From Lama guanicoe (Eukaryota), in NCBI GenBank assembly GCA_013239625.1, contig MU053881.1, positions 14,624,373 through 14,688,372 of the forward strand: a stretch of DNA of 64,000 bases. The letters run 5' to 3'. This document shows, piece by piece, positions 1 through 12,400 of the stretch. The notes under the pieces are model-generated. The model saw nothing but the letters and a program-made list of their open reading frames with translations, searched no databases and was not told where the DNA came from. Made by a program: the position numbers and the translations under genes. Numbering within the stretch: the first letter of the stretch is position 1; the number at the start of each line of letters is the position of its first letter.

Positions 1-3000
1 ACCTCGCCTGTGGGAAGGCGCGGGAGAAGGTCAGAGGGGCCCCAAGGGCCTTCCTCCGGAGCCCGGGAAGGGGATTCCACTCCAGATAGCCCTGATCTGG
101 TCAGATTTTGGTTGTGGTTAAAGGAAACGCTGGCAGCCGCAGCTGCATACCCCCTTCACCACAGCATCACGATGCCCTTACCTCTCACTCAGTGCTAAGA
201 GGGGGGACTTCAGTTTCTTTTTTACAAGTGAGGTAACTCAGGCCCTTCAACGGGTTGCACATCAGAGAGAGGGAAAGGCTTGGTGAGGAGGGGCTCAGTG
301 AGTAGGAAGGGGAAAGTGAGGCAGGGATGAGGGGAGGATAGACTCAGAGAAGGGGAAAAGGCCTCAGAGAGGAAAGGGGCTCAGAAAGATGGAAGGGGCA
401 CAGAGAAAGAGAGGGGCTCAGAGCGGGGAGGAAAGCTCAGGAAACCGGTGGGCCCAGGTGCTGGCTGCAGGTTTAGAGAGGGATGAGACTTGGGAGAGCT
501 GGGCAAGGACTTAGGGAAGGATGGGGGTTAGGGAGGGTAAAAGAGCTCAGGGAAGGTGGGGGTTCTGCCAGCCCCAGACTTACCCCCCAGCTCACGGGCA
601 AAGCAATACACATCGTAGAGTTCCCGTGGGTCTCGCCTCCCATAGTTCCTCACCCCTGGAAGGCTGCTACGGTCACCATAGCAACCAGGACGGGACTGGG
701 TGATAGGATACCTGACAAGACAAGGTGGGGGTCCCTCTCAGATGTGTGCTCCTGGGGCCCCCAAGGACCATCTTTCTCCAGGGGCTAGCTCTCCATCTCC
801 CTACCCTGTGTACCCCCTCACCGAACAGTGCGGTCAGAGAGCCACCCGGCATCACAGTTGTCAAAGCCATCCTCAAAGGCAGCTTGCAGGTGCCGCGGGG
901 CTGCAATGGTGGCAGAGCTGAGACTGCAGGCCTCCTGGGCCTCAGTGAAAGACAGCGCGTAGCGATCCCGGGCTGCTCGGTAGTGGAACACAACACCTGT
1001 TGGGGAACATCCAGGATAGAGGGTTGATTTGTGCTGGAAACTTCAAGAACAGACCTCCCTCTTGCAGAATGCCCCGCCACTACCCAGTCTGATAATAAGA
1101 GATCTACTGCCCTACACTGCCCTGTACCACATCTGTTCACTCAGCACCAGAGACAGTGCTATGGGGAATGATGGGAAGTGAGACTGCTATGCCCCCATTT
1201 AGCAGATGAGGAAACTGATTAACAATGGCCATAAACGGCTAGAATTTGTCAAATATTTGCTATGTAAAAGGCATTTATAAACATTATCTCACTGAAGTCT
1301 TACAACAACCCTGTGATTATCCCCATATGCAGAGGAAGAAACTAAGGTCAGAAAGGGTGAGGGATAGGTCTAGGGTCACACTAGTATTATAAGGGGAAGC
1401 CAGAATTTATATCCTGGAAGATCTGACTCCAAAGATAGTATTCTTCATGCCCAGGGTTAGGCCCTGGAGGTGACAGGAGGCATGGAGAAGAGTGAGAGAG
1501 AGAGAGATTCTGCCTTTTTGGAATTAAGTACATGCACTGATAGGGGAAGCACAGCCAGCAATGGGCGATCACATGTGGTTCTTGCCCAACTTAGAAATGG
1601 AGTCACAGAAGGCTTCCTGGAGGAGGTGATGTGTATGCCAGGGTTCACTGTGACTCAAATTCTGACTTAAGGTTGAGAAAAATGGCCAAGCAAGATGATG
1701 GAATTAAACATTTTGCTCCATCTTATCAAACTGAGAGCTCCTGGAAGGCAGCACCTCCATTTCAGTCATGGCCATGTCCTCAGCACAAGGCTAGCATCTG
1801 GTAGCGGCTCAATAAATGTTTGGCTGAATGAATGAACTGAACAAATCTGGAGGTAGCAGTCCCTTCTTTCACCATTTAGTTTTCTTTGAAGTTTATCAGT
1901 TATGAGAACCAGGGTCTTGGAAAGGGTATGACTGACCCCCCAAATATGTAGTGAGACACTGTTTGATGGGGAAACACTGTGCACCAGAACAAGGGGTGCA
2001 GGGACTTTGCCCATGACCAACATAGGTTAAGGGAAATTGACTTCCCAGGAGTCCACCGGATGTTCTCCACACAACAATACATTTGTTGTGTTATTCATCA
2101 AATACCTGTTGAGCATCTTCTGTGTGCCATGTCCTGTTCTAGGACTTTGCTTTAATAATTAAAAAACTTTTTTTTTTGCCTTGTTCACCTTGATCAGTTC
2201 AGAAAACAAACTACACTGGATATTTCAATAGAAAAAATTTAATGCAGGAATTGCTTAAAGAGGTATTTGAGGACTGTTATTTACTTAATATGTATTTTCA
2301 ATTGACTTTTTTAAAAGAACTACACTTTTAAAAAACATGTATTTATTTTAAAAGGAAATTTGTATTCCTATTTTAAGTAGAAAGCCAATATCTTTTGCCT
2401 TATGTGAAAGTAGGTAACCATGAAACGGACTTAAAATAAGGCTATGAAATCCTGTGAAATGTTGTGGTCATAAGAGACTGAGCCAGAGGCTGCTCTTTCT
2501 TAGCTTAAAGACTTTTCTTAAAGACCCATAGAGATTTTCGTTGTGACTTTATCAGAAGAACTGAAAGCGCATCACTGTTCTAAGGTGACATTCAGTGGAT
2601 GGGTATCCCGTCCCAGCCTTGGTCCCTCCCCTTCCCCCAACTGACCCGTCACCTCCAGGGGCACCAGGTCCTGCTCATCCTCGATGCCCCTCACCACCTG
2701 GCAGCGGTAGAGCCCGGAGTCGCTGGCCCTCAGTGGCCCCAGTAGCAACGTGGCGTTAGCCCGGTGGCGGGGGTAGGCAGGTAGTGACACGCGTCCCTGC
2801 CAGCCCTTGGCCACTCGAACCACGTTGTCCTTGGCCACTAGGATGGGCAAGTCCTGCCGCTGGCCTGATGCAGTCCGCACCTTGGTCCACTTGATCCGAG
2901 GGGCTTCTCGGGCTGCACCTGGCCGTGGCCGCAGGGTGAAGAGACAGGGCAGGGCCACCAGCTCTGCCAGCGCGGCCCGCACCGACCCAGACCCCACCTT

Positions 3001-4028
3001 CTGCATGTGGAGCCCCTTCTCGGCAGCGGCAGCGGCAGCAGCAGTGGTGTCCTGTGTGCCTGGGATGGAGAAGGCAAAGAGAGGGCCTGAGTCAGTGGCA
3101 AGGGCCAGCAGCTACCACTATTTTCCTCACTTTACAGATAGGGAGACTGAGGCCACAGAGGTTAGGTTATCTTCACAACATCACAATGCAGATTTGTGAT
3201 CTGTACCCTGATTTGTGAGCAGAAAAGAAATAATGGGGAGAAATCCCTTCATAGTTCTGCCCCCACTCAAAGTCCAGATCCTCTGGGCCAGGGATTTGAC
3301 TCTCAGTGTCACTGACTCACTACATAGCCATGGGAAAGTCTTCTCTGAGCCACAGTTTCCCCAAAAGTTAAATGAGAGGCAGCCATTGAAAGGGGAATAG
3401 TGTTTGTGGAGTACCTTCTATATAACAGGCTCTTTATAAATAGCAATCAGCTCATTTGATTTTCATAACCATCTGCATAGGTAGCCATGGCTCATCCAGT
3501 TTTGGGTGACTTGAGGAAATTGAGGCTCAGAGATATCATTGCACTTGCCTGAGGTCACAGCAAATCAGGAGGCATTTCTAAAGTCTGGGCTTTTGACCAC
3601 CACTGGGGAGATGCTAGGGAGAGGCACATAGACCTTTATTTCTATTGCCCCACCCATGGCAGGCATCACTAATCAATCTTCATAATATTCTCTCTTTTCT
3701 CTCTCTCTCTCTCTTCAGCTCATCTCAGCAAAACAGTGAGAGGCGGGAACCTCTAGCCTCCGCAGGCAATGACTAAAAATAACCTTTCAGGTGTCTTGCT
3801 CACTTTTGACTGTTCAAAGACTTTTTTCATCTATTCTCTTTTTATTTTCCAGACCAAGCCAGAGAACCAGCAGGATAAGGCTCTCAAGTTAAAAAGCTGC
3901 CCCATCTTGTCAATTCCCCAGATCCCAACTTCTCCCACCCCCCAAGCCAACTCACCCTGTTTCCCAGCCACAATAAGCAGCATCTGGAGAATCAGGAGGC
4001 CCAAAGCCCAGACAGACATGGCCCCCAT
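1..4028 (-). CDS. NCAN: Neurocan core protein, 5' part of the CDS (signal peptide, Ig V-set domain, Link domain 1); continues off the left edge
   Basis: Minus-strand coding exons 4028-3956 ([25 protein letters not shown]), 3059-2646 ([20 protein letters not shown]...[25 protein letters not shown]), 996-822 ([16 protein letters not shown]...[14 protein letters not shown]), 711-584 ([13 protein letters not shown]...[12 protein letters not shown]) and 7-1 (start of the next exon). All introns are GT-AG with consistent phases. Matches neurocan as I recall it. Confidence 0.97.
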
Positions 4029-5234
4029 CCTGGACCTGAAACAAGATGGAGAGGGAGGGAAGGGTGAGTACAACCCACCTAGACAGTCGGCATGAAAAGA
4101 CCAATTGCTCCCACTCTATAGATCTGGAAACTGGGCTCAAAGAGGCCACTTTGTCTCTCAAGGTTGCACAATCAGCAAGCAAGGGCTGAGCCAGGATTTG
4201 AACCCAGGACCAGCTGACTTCAGAATCCCAGCAGTAAAGTCTTATGGTCAGAGCATGAGTGCTAGAGTGAATCAAACGTGGGATTGTCTCTCTGCCTGCT
4301 CCTTGCTGTGTGACCTTGAGCAAGTAGCTTAACTTCTCTATACCTCAGTTTCTTTGCAGGTCAGATGGGGATAAAATCAGGCAGTTGGAAGGAATAGATG
4401 AGTCAATATCGTCAATATATATAAAATGCTTCGAACTGCCTGGCATGAAGGAATAAATTTCAGTTGTTATTATTAACCTTAACACTGCCAAGATGAAAAT
4501 TCTATTTTTTAAGTTAGCTTCCCCAATCAAATTGCAGGCTCCTAGAGGGCGGCAGCCAGTCCCAGTCTGCCTAGGGTCCCAGTTCTGGCAACAGGCTGGC
4601 CTCCAAGCCAGCCTTTAATCTGGGTTTGCTGACTGACACGATTCTCAACTTCAATTCCAGGATTTGGTTGTTGCCAAGATTCTATTCCTGGTTTCTGGGA
4701 TTTTTGAGGCACTGCCAAGTCCCAGCTGGAGGAAGGGGCCTCGCCCTTGCCCCCCCACCCCACCCCCCGAATTCACACTGACTGGAGAAGATGCCTCCTA
4801 GGTTCACAGAGAAACTACAGTTGTGTGTCCAGCCTTCTATAGAGGTTGTGGCCCATGAGCATAAAGTGGACAAATAATAAGCACTACCTGTAAGCCAAGC
4901 CAATTACAGACATTGGGACACAGCAGGGCCCTCCCAGCCCTCACATTCTCCCAGACACTAGAAACCCAGGGGCTCCTCCCTAAAGCCTCCCACCCTTCTG
5001 GAACCCCACGTCCTTGCTCCCCTCATACTGCCAATGAGGTTCTTAAGGTGGGGGCAGATGGGAAGTTAGAACATCACCTACAAACCCAGCTCTTGCACTC
5101 TCCTCCTGATAAAAGAATATCCCTGAGTAAGGAGTGTGGATGAAGTCCAGAATAGGGTCCTGTGGGAGACAGCTGTCTCCCTCCTCAGCGCCCCGTTTCC
5201 AACTTCCAGAGGCCGGGTAGGGAGAGAAACCGGG

Positions 5235-5255
5235 GGACCTGTCCGTGGTGCTGAA
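5235..5255 (-). promoter_or_regulatory. RE1/NRSE (REST-binding silencer) in NCAN intron 1
   Basis: Minus strand reads TTCAGCACCACGGACAGGTCC, 19/21 identical to the RE1 consensus TTCAGCACCACGGACAGCGCC, in a neural gene. Confidence 0.85.
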
Positions 5256-5629
5256 CTCTGGGGCAGCAATGCAGCGGCACTGCCCCCTGATCTCCTCCTT
5301 TCCTTCTTAGGGCAGTGCCTCTGGGTCCAGAGAGGGCTAGTAGTTTGCCTAGGGCTGCACAGCAGATCAGAGGCCAGGTCCTGGGATGATAATCCCTAAC
5401 TACTAATCTGTAAACCTGCGCAACCTCTGTCTCTATCCCAGGTTGTCCACACTTCTCCCCCTTGGAACCCCAAGCAAGAGCGGCATCCCCTGATGGCTGT
5501 TCAAGACCTGAATGGGTATTAGAAGGTGGGGCAGGACTCTGGGCTGTGCCTGCTCCAGAAGGACCTTAAGAGAGGGCAAGTGCAGAGAATTCTCACATAT
5601 ATACACATGCACATACATACTCTTGAAGA

Positions 5630-5812
5630 TTAAGAGCTCAGACTACATCCACGTGACTTGACTTCAAGCCCTGTCTGTACTCCCTACTTGTTGCATGACC
5701 CAAGACAGCTGCTTCAACACTCTGTGCTTGTTTCCCCATCTGTAAAATGGGGATAACCCAGCACATACCTCATAGTGTTATTGCGAGAATGGAATGAGCT
5801 AAGACTTGTGAA
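5630..5812 (+). mobile_element. MIR SINE (one example; further MIR-like cores at about 1190, 3120, 4150-4440, 8650, 12270, 19700, 22190, 30940 and 59710)
   Basis: Core CTCTGTGCTTGTTTCCCCATCTGTAAAATGGGGATAA; other copies show the antisense core ACAGATGAGGAAACTGAGG. Confidence 0.7.
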
Positions 5813-6169
5813 ATCCAAGAAATGTTAACTCGGAATGCTAACAGCTTCTTGTACACAAAGCCTTGTGTACATACTCTTATATACAATAGGGTCCAAAAAG
5901 GTGACAGGCACAGGTTCAGATGCACCCTTCCTGCCCACACACAGGCCTTCTCACATGCACTCCACTCCCCTCCAACTGGACCCTCACACACCCACCCCCT
6001 TTCTCTTAAAATACCTCTTTCCCAGGGCCACCAGAGGTGAGCAGTTACACAGCTGTCTGGGGCTTGTCCCCTCATAAATAATGCATGAGCCTCATACATA
6101 TGCAAGTAGGGGCCTGTGGGGTTTGGGGGGAGGGGTGGCCCAGAAGGAGAGAGATAGGAGAGAGAGAGA

Positions 6170-6171
<2 letters not shown>

Positions 6172-6203
<32 letters not shown>
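6172..6203. repeat. (TG)n microsatellite
   Basis: About 16 TG units in NCAN intron 1. Confidence 0.95.
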
Positions 6204-6207
<4 letters not shown>

Positions 6208-8308
6208 CCCTCTCCCTCACACCCACCTCCTGTCTCAGAAGGCACTGAGTGAGGGTGAGTTTCCCAGCAGGTGTTTTTGTGTGTTTGTGACTGGGTGTGC
6301 ATTAGGGTGCTGTGTCCAGGCAAGGATATTCATGAGATTTTGCTCTATGGTTTGTGAATGTGTACAAGAGTCCACAGCAGCTCTATGCACTGGGTGGGGT
6401 GTAGGGGACCCAGCATGGTCTCTGCATGTGGAGCTCAGCAGGAGCTATGAGCACATGTGTGTATGTGTTATTAGCCCTGGAATCAGGGTATATTTGTGTA
6501 CATGGTGTGAGCATGGAACTCCTTGGAGGAGAAAGAAAGCTGGGCTCAGTAAATCATCCCAGGCTCCCCCTCGGAGATCTGAACCTCCTGCCAATGTCTC
6601 CCACATTAGCTCCCAAACTCTGCACACAGACCACATCTCACACTCCCCTGCCCAGGGTCCACACTGCCAACCACATGGAGAGGACCCTTGCTGTACACAA
6701 GGGACACATACATAGCCACACACTCTAGGCTCAGAGCCTAGGAGACACACACACTCACAGAGTCACAGTGACATTAACAAAGAGAGACAATATGGGCACT
6801 TACAAGGCAGGCAGCACGTCTTCTGCACAAAGACACACACCCACAGTCTCAGGCTCCCCACATAAACCCCTCGATAAGGCCACTCCGTCAGACACATCTC
6901 CTCACACACACTCACACACATCGATGCCAGCCCCTGGCACAGACTGGGCTGGATAAATTGTGGCCTTGTTGACTGGTGAGCACACATCATTTTGCAACCT
7001 GGTGACGTGGCCCCCGGCACAAGTTTCCTGACAAAGACACAACCTTGGTCACATTCGACTCACAGAGGGCCCCAGGCACCCCCATAAGCACACACCTTTT
7101 CCCAGTATGGGATAGACACACATACACAAAGTCACCACCTCCTGGGGGGCCCCTTCCATTTGGGAATGTCCACAAGCCAGGGAGGCTGCTGGGTTCTGGG
7201 GTCCCACGGTCTGCACAGTCCTCCTTCCCTGCCCTTCCCCCACATCCCCCACTGGGGCCCAGCGCCAACACTCTCCTCAGCCTGGCTGTCTCCCATTAAT
7301 GCTGCTGAGAGGAACAAAGCCCCAGGCGCAGGGAGGGGGGTCGCTCCTGTCCAGGCTGGGCTGGGGGTCCCAGCCCTTTACTTCCCAGCGCCTGTGCCCC
7401 CAAGCCAAGCCAGGACTTCCACATGCATCCATACGGACAGATGGAACTGAAGGGGTGAGGCAAAGGTCTGTGTCCAGCTGTGAGGACCTGGCCAGATGTG
7501 GAAGTACTGAGGGTGGCTCCCTTCTTGGGACTGGGTGCCCTTTATTGGTCCTGGGATCAATAACTGGGGGTTTTAAGGGACTCTGACCCAGCACTCACCT
7601 GGGAGACCCAGTGTGCTCCCTGGAAGAAGGAAGAGCACCCCAACTCCAGGTCCCAAGGAACAACAGGGACCACCTTGGAATGGACCCCCTCCAGAGCCTC
7701 CTCCCTGAGTCAGGTTGTGGTGACAAGATCTGAACCAAAAAGACAGGGAGACCGCAGGGCACCCTTCCCCATGAGGGTTCACTCTCAGTGCAGATCCCCT
7801 TCCATTGGGCTCAGGTTAGTCTGGGGGGCCCCTCCCCACTGCAGTTCAGCCTGGACTCCTCCATTCATCTGCAAATTGGAAATCCCTACTTAAAATCTTG
7901 GGGTGTCTCAGCTCAGACACCAGGGTGCCCTGTTCTGGAGTCCCACACACAGCATGTGGGTGTCCCTGTCTTCTCTCCTAACTCGGGGTGCCCTTCCCTA
8001 GCCTTGGTTCCCAGCGCCTCCTCCCCAATTCTAAGACCCACCCGAAGCCCGGCCCCCTCCCCATCTCGGGGTTCTCTCTGCATTCCCCCGGACAACCTTA
8101 CTCCCAAAATGCGAATCCCCCTGACATCCCCAAGCTCCCTCCCAGTTTGCATTCCCACCCCACCCCGGGGCTTCCCTCCCCCTCCCAGCCCCCTCCCCAT
8201 TCTGGGGGCTTCTCTCTGATCCCAGGTTCCATCTCCAAACCCAAGCTCTGCTTCTGATCCCGAGGACCTCTCCCTCAACGCGGCCTTCTCCCCACGACAG
8301 ATCCCCAC

Positions 8309-8410
8309 CTGGCTCCTAGCTCGGACGCATCCCGGGGCGGTCGACCGGCACAAAGGACGCTCCGGCTGGGCTCAATCCGCTCCGGGTCCACCCCTGCGCC
8401 CTGCGCTCCA
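8309..8410 (-). other. NCAN: NCAN non-coding exon 1 (5' end approximate)
   Basis: CpG-rich segment ending in donor CCAG|GTGGGG at 8309/8308. It would splice to the exon-2 acceptor at 4035, 7 nt upstream of the ATG. Confidence 0.7.
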
Positions 8411-8520
8411 CTCGCCCCAGCGCCGCCTCAGCGCTTATAAAGGGGCTGCGGGGCTGCGCTGCGCATGCGCCCCTGCCAGCCCGAAGCCTCCAACTGAGCG
8501 AGGGAGGGGGTTCCTCCTGC
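8410..8520 (-). promoter_or_regulatory. NCAN promoter: TATA-like element and NRF1-type motif in a small CpG island
   Basis: TTATAAA at 8435-8441 (TTTATAA on the minus strand) about 30 nt upstream of exon 1; TGCGCATGCGC at 8460-8470. Confidence 0.65.
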
Positions 8521-9072
8521 CTAAAACCCCCTCCCTACTCCTACGACCACTCATCCCACCCAGGGGAAGACAGCGCCTGACCTCCTCCTTTCAAGTCGTC
8601 CTAGGTGCCATGTTAAGTGTCTCCGGACTCCCCATGATGGGGCCTGCTCCATCTTACAGATGGGGAAACTGAGCCCCAGGGAAATGAAGTCGCTCCCAAG
8701 GTCACGCAGAGGGGAAGAGCAGAACTGGGATTCCAACCCTGGCCTGCCTGACTCTCCAGGGCTCAAACTTGAAGCAGTCTGGGCTACAATTACTATTTTA
8801 TCCCATGCATAGAGAAGAAGCTGAGGCTCAGAGAAGCTCAAAAGCTTCCTCCGTCACACCACTGATAAGACTTGCAGGGTCAGAGCCCAGGTGTATCACA
8901 CGCAGAGCTGTTTCTGCCACTCCAGCCAGAACTATCATTCATTCATTCATTTCCTTATCTAATCTGCTTTTATGGTGCAACTGCTGTGCACCAGGTACTG
9001 TTGTTACTTCTGCTTTGAGCAGGGGGCACGTGTGTGTCTTTGCAGGGAGAACTGCAATCTTAAAAATTCTGC

Positions 9073-9442
9073 AATGGAGTATTATTCAGCCATAAAAAGG
9101 AATGAAGTACTAATACATGTTACAACATGGAGGAATCCTGAAAACATTTTGCTGAGTGAAAGAAGCCAGACACAGAAGGTCACAGTATGAGTCCATTTAT
9201 ATGAAACATTCAGAATAGACAAATCCAGAGGCAGAAAGTAGATGAGTGGTTACCAGGGGCTGGGGGAGGAGGAAAGGGGAGTAACTGCAGATGGGTACAG
9301 GATTTTCTTTTGGGGTGATGGAAATGTTCTAGTACTAGATAGTAGCAATGACTGCACAATTATGTTAATATACTTAATGCCACCAATTGTACGCTTTCAA
9401 ATGGAAAACTTTATGTTCTGTGTATTTTACCATGATGAAAAA
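9073..9442 (+). mobile_element. Old L1 (L1M-type) 3' fragment
   Basis: Diagnostic AATGGAGTATTATTCAGCCATAAAAAGGAATGAAG and CTGAGTGAAAGAAGCCAGACAC; boundaries approximate. Confidence 0.8.
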
Positions 9443-12400
9443 TGGAAATGAGGGAGGACAAAAACTTAAAGAGGTCAGCCCCTTCCAGGGTGTTAGTCTC
9501 TCAGTACTGAGAATGGGCTGCACTGGAGAAGAGGCTCTGTGCATTCCATTAGTGTCCTGCATCTGTGTGTGTGTGCGCATATGTGCACGCGTGTGCACGC
9601 ATGCCCATCTCTGAGGGTGGGTCTTGGTCTGGTTGGGGGATACAGATAAATGGAGGACAATGGTTTTGGCAAAATTACCAAAAAGGGTGTGGGAATGAGT
9701 GAAGGATGGGGGAAAAGCCCAAGGGAGCAAGGTCGCCTTGGAACATCTGTGTCAGCCCGCTGTTTCAGGAGTGGGAGAGTGGTGGCCCTAAGGGCCAAAG
9801 TGACACTGGGGAGCTATGCTTACTGTCCAACTCCTCATCACAGAGGAGGGATGGAAGTTGGGGATCACACTGATTAAGTATTTGCACGTGACAGGCAGCA
9901 GTGACAGAAGTCTGGGTATGGTTGTGTGATGTGTGTGGGAGCTGCAGGTTGGCCTCCATGAGTCCATAGTTCAAAACTCTGCAACTCCTAACACTGTGAC
10001 TCTGGACCAGCCATTTTGTCTTTCTGTGCCTCCGTTTCCCTGTTGAAAACGGGGATAATTAAGAGCAATCACCTTACGGGGTTGCTGGGAGAATGAAAAG
10101 GGAAGTAAAGACACAAGCTGGGTGCTGCTACCATGATATGGCCCGTATTCCAGCTGGGGAAACTGAGGGTCAGGGAGACTGGACCACCTGCCTGAGGCTG
10201 GTTGCACAGTACGAGTAGGGTCAAGTGGGAACCAGGTCTATGCCTTTAGAACCAAACTGATTCCCACCCTGACTCCCCTTACTCCTCCACTCCCCCCTCC
10301 TCCCCACCCCAGGCTCCCCTGGCTGGTGCCAGAGCTGAGCTTAGAGGGGCTGGCCTGGGGCCCAAGGGCAGGCTGTTGCTGGGGGCTTGAATGAGGCAAC
10401 TTTGCCTGGGAATCTGCTGGGCTCAAAGAGCTATTTATAGGCCTGCACTGGGAATGGGCCAGCCGCTCCCCCCCACCAGCCCTGAGTGCCCTCTCTATCC
10501 CCCCCATCTGGGGCCCCCAGCCAGGGGCTGCTGCAGGTGGGGGAGGGAGCAGGGAAGGGGGCAGGTGGGCTGGAGCAGGAGCAAGGAGGCAGGACCCTCC
10601 AGGAGAGCTGCATCTCTGAGTAGACAGTGTCCCCCAACGTGCCTCTCACTTCCCCAAGGTGACATACAGACAGGGCACATGCAACCACATTCACATCTGT
10701 CACATACAATGTCACCAACAATCACCAATACCAAGTCATACCCTAGACACACAGTGACAGCATAGGCAGATCATCTACAGCCATACCAGCCAGGCCACAT
10801 ATAGATCACCCTGGCCACACACAACGTCAACTGGCTGCACACAGGTCGGGTCTGCTGCACAACCAAACTCACAGCCGTGAGCCCGGCCACACCAAGAGTC
10901 CTTTCAGACTCAGACACACCCATTGCTGTGCACACCCACTGAAACTTAGCCCTCCTGCTGCCACAAACACAGCCCACATTTGTCCCATGTTGTTTACACC
11001 CAGCCATGCTTATGGCCGTGGGCATACTACAAACAGCCAGCACCCGACCTAGATCACTTGACACCATGTCACCAACACGGAGACAGTCCCCCCGGGGCCA
11101 TATTCACAGCACAGCCACTCAACACACCCGATCTTGGCCCTGGGTGTTCCCATGTGAGCTCAGCACAATTCCTTCATGCCTCGCCACCCCCTCTCATGTC
11201 AGTGTCACCTCCACTTACCCAGGCTTGCACCCTGCCAGGACCGACAATTCCAGATGGAAAGAAGTGAGCATCCATTTACTCAGAGCTGGGCCCTGCTGGA
11301 CCTATGCAGGCCCTGTGGATAGATCAGACCAGGACTTGCCCCATGGGGCCTGCCAGCCCAGGAGACTCTGTCACAGCCACCCTCATAGACTCTCTAGGCT
11401 GGAACCTTAGGGCAACCATTACACTTACTCCCCAGGGGGAAATGGAGGTTCTAAGCTATCTCAGGGCCTCTTCCTCCCCCAACTCTGGGATGACAGATCC
11501 ATGGGAATTGCTATTTGTTCTCTGCCATAAGTGTGGCTGCTTCCTCAAAGAGAGTCCCTGCTGAGCCATACTTGCTGTGTGACTTCAGCAAATCCCTGGC
11601 CCTCTCTGAGCCTTCATTTCCTCTCCTGAAAATGCAGAACTCAATTCAGTGGTGGGAACTCCAGAGACAGACTAGGGCTTGAATCCCGGTTCCCCTGGGT
11701 GACCTCAGCCAAATGCCTTCTCTGTGCCTCAGTTTCCCTCACTAAACCAGAGTTGCAGCTCCTGCTCTTCTAGAGCTCTCTCTACCCCTTCTCCTGGGGT
11801 GAGGGGGGAGGGAGTGCCTAGTCTCCTCTCACTCTGACAAATGAATGGACCACTTTTGGCTGCCCTGCTGGGAGCTTAGAGCTGCTAATTCCTTGGAGAA
11901 ACAGGAGGCTCTTTCATGCCCAGGCGCCGGTGGGGTGGGGAGATGGGAAGAGGGTATGAGGCTGGCTTCATCCCAACGGGCGAGATGGCTCCATGCCAAG
12001 ACCAGGAGTGGCAAGAAGGGCCCTGGGGCCATGCATATCGTCCCTGGGAACCTTGACCAAGCAGCTATACGTATCCTCAGCTGTAAAATGTGGTGACTGG
12101 GACCAGCACAGCAGGTTTAATGAGTCAGGTTTTTAATGGATGGAGACAAAATGTGGCTTCAACTTAAACACAGAGTAGGCTCTCAACAAAGGTCAGCCAC
12201 TGTTGTTATGTGTCAGCCTGAAGCACCCACTGAATTCTCCAGCAGTCCTGTAAATAGAATCCCCTCCATTTCACAGATGAGGAAACTGAGGTTCAGAGAG
12301 CTCAACATACTTGTACAAGATCACACAGCTCATGAGTGAGTGACCCAACCAGGATTTGAACCAGATCTAAGCCCTCTGGAGTCCACGCTCTTCCTAAATT

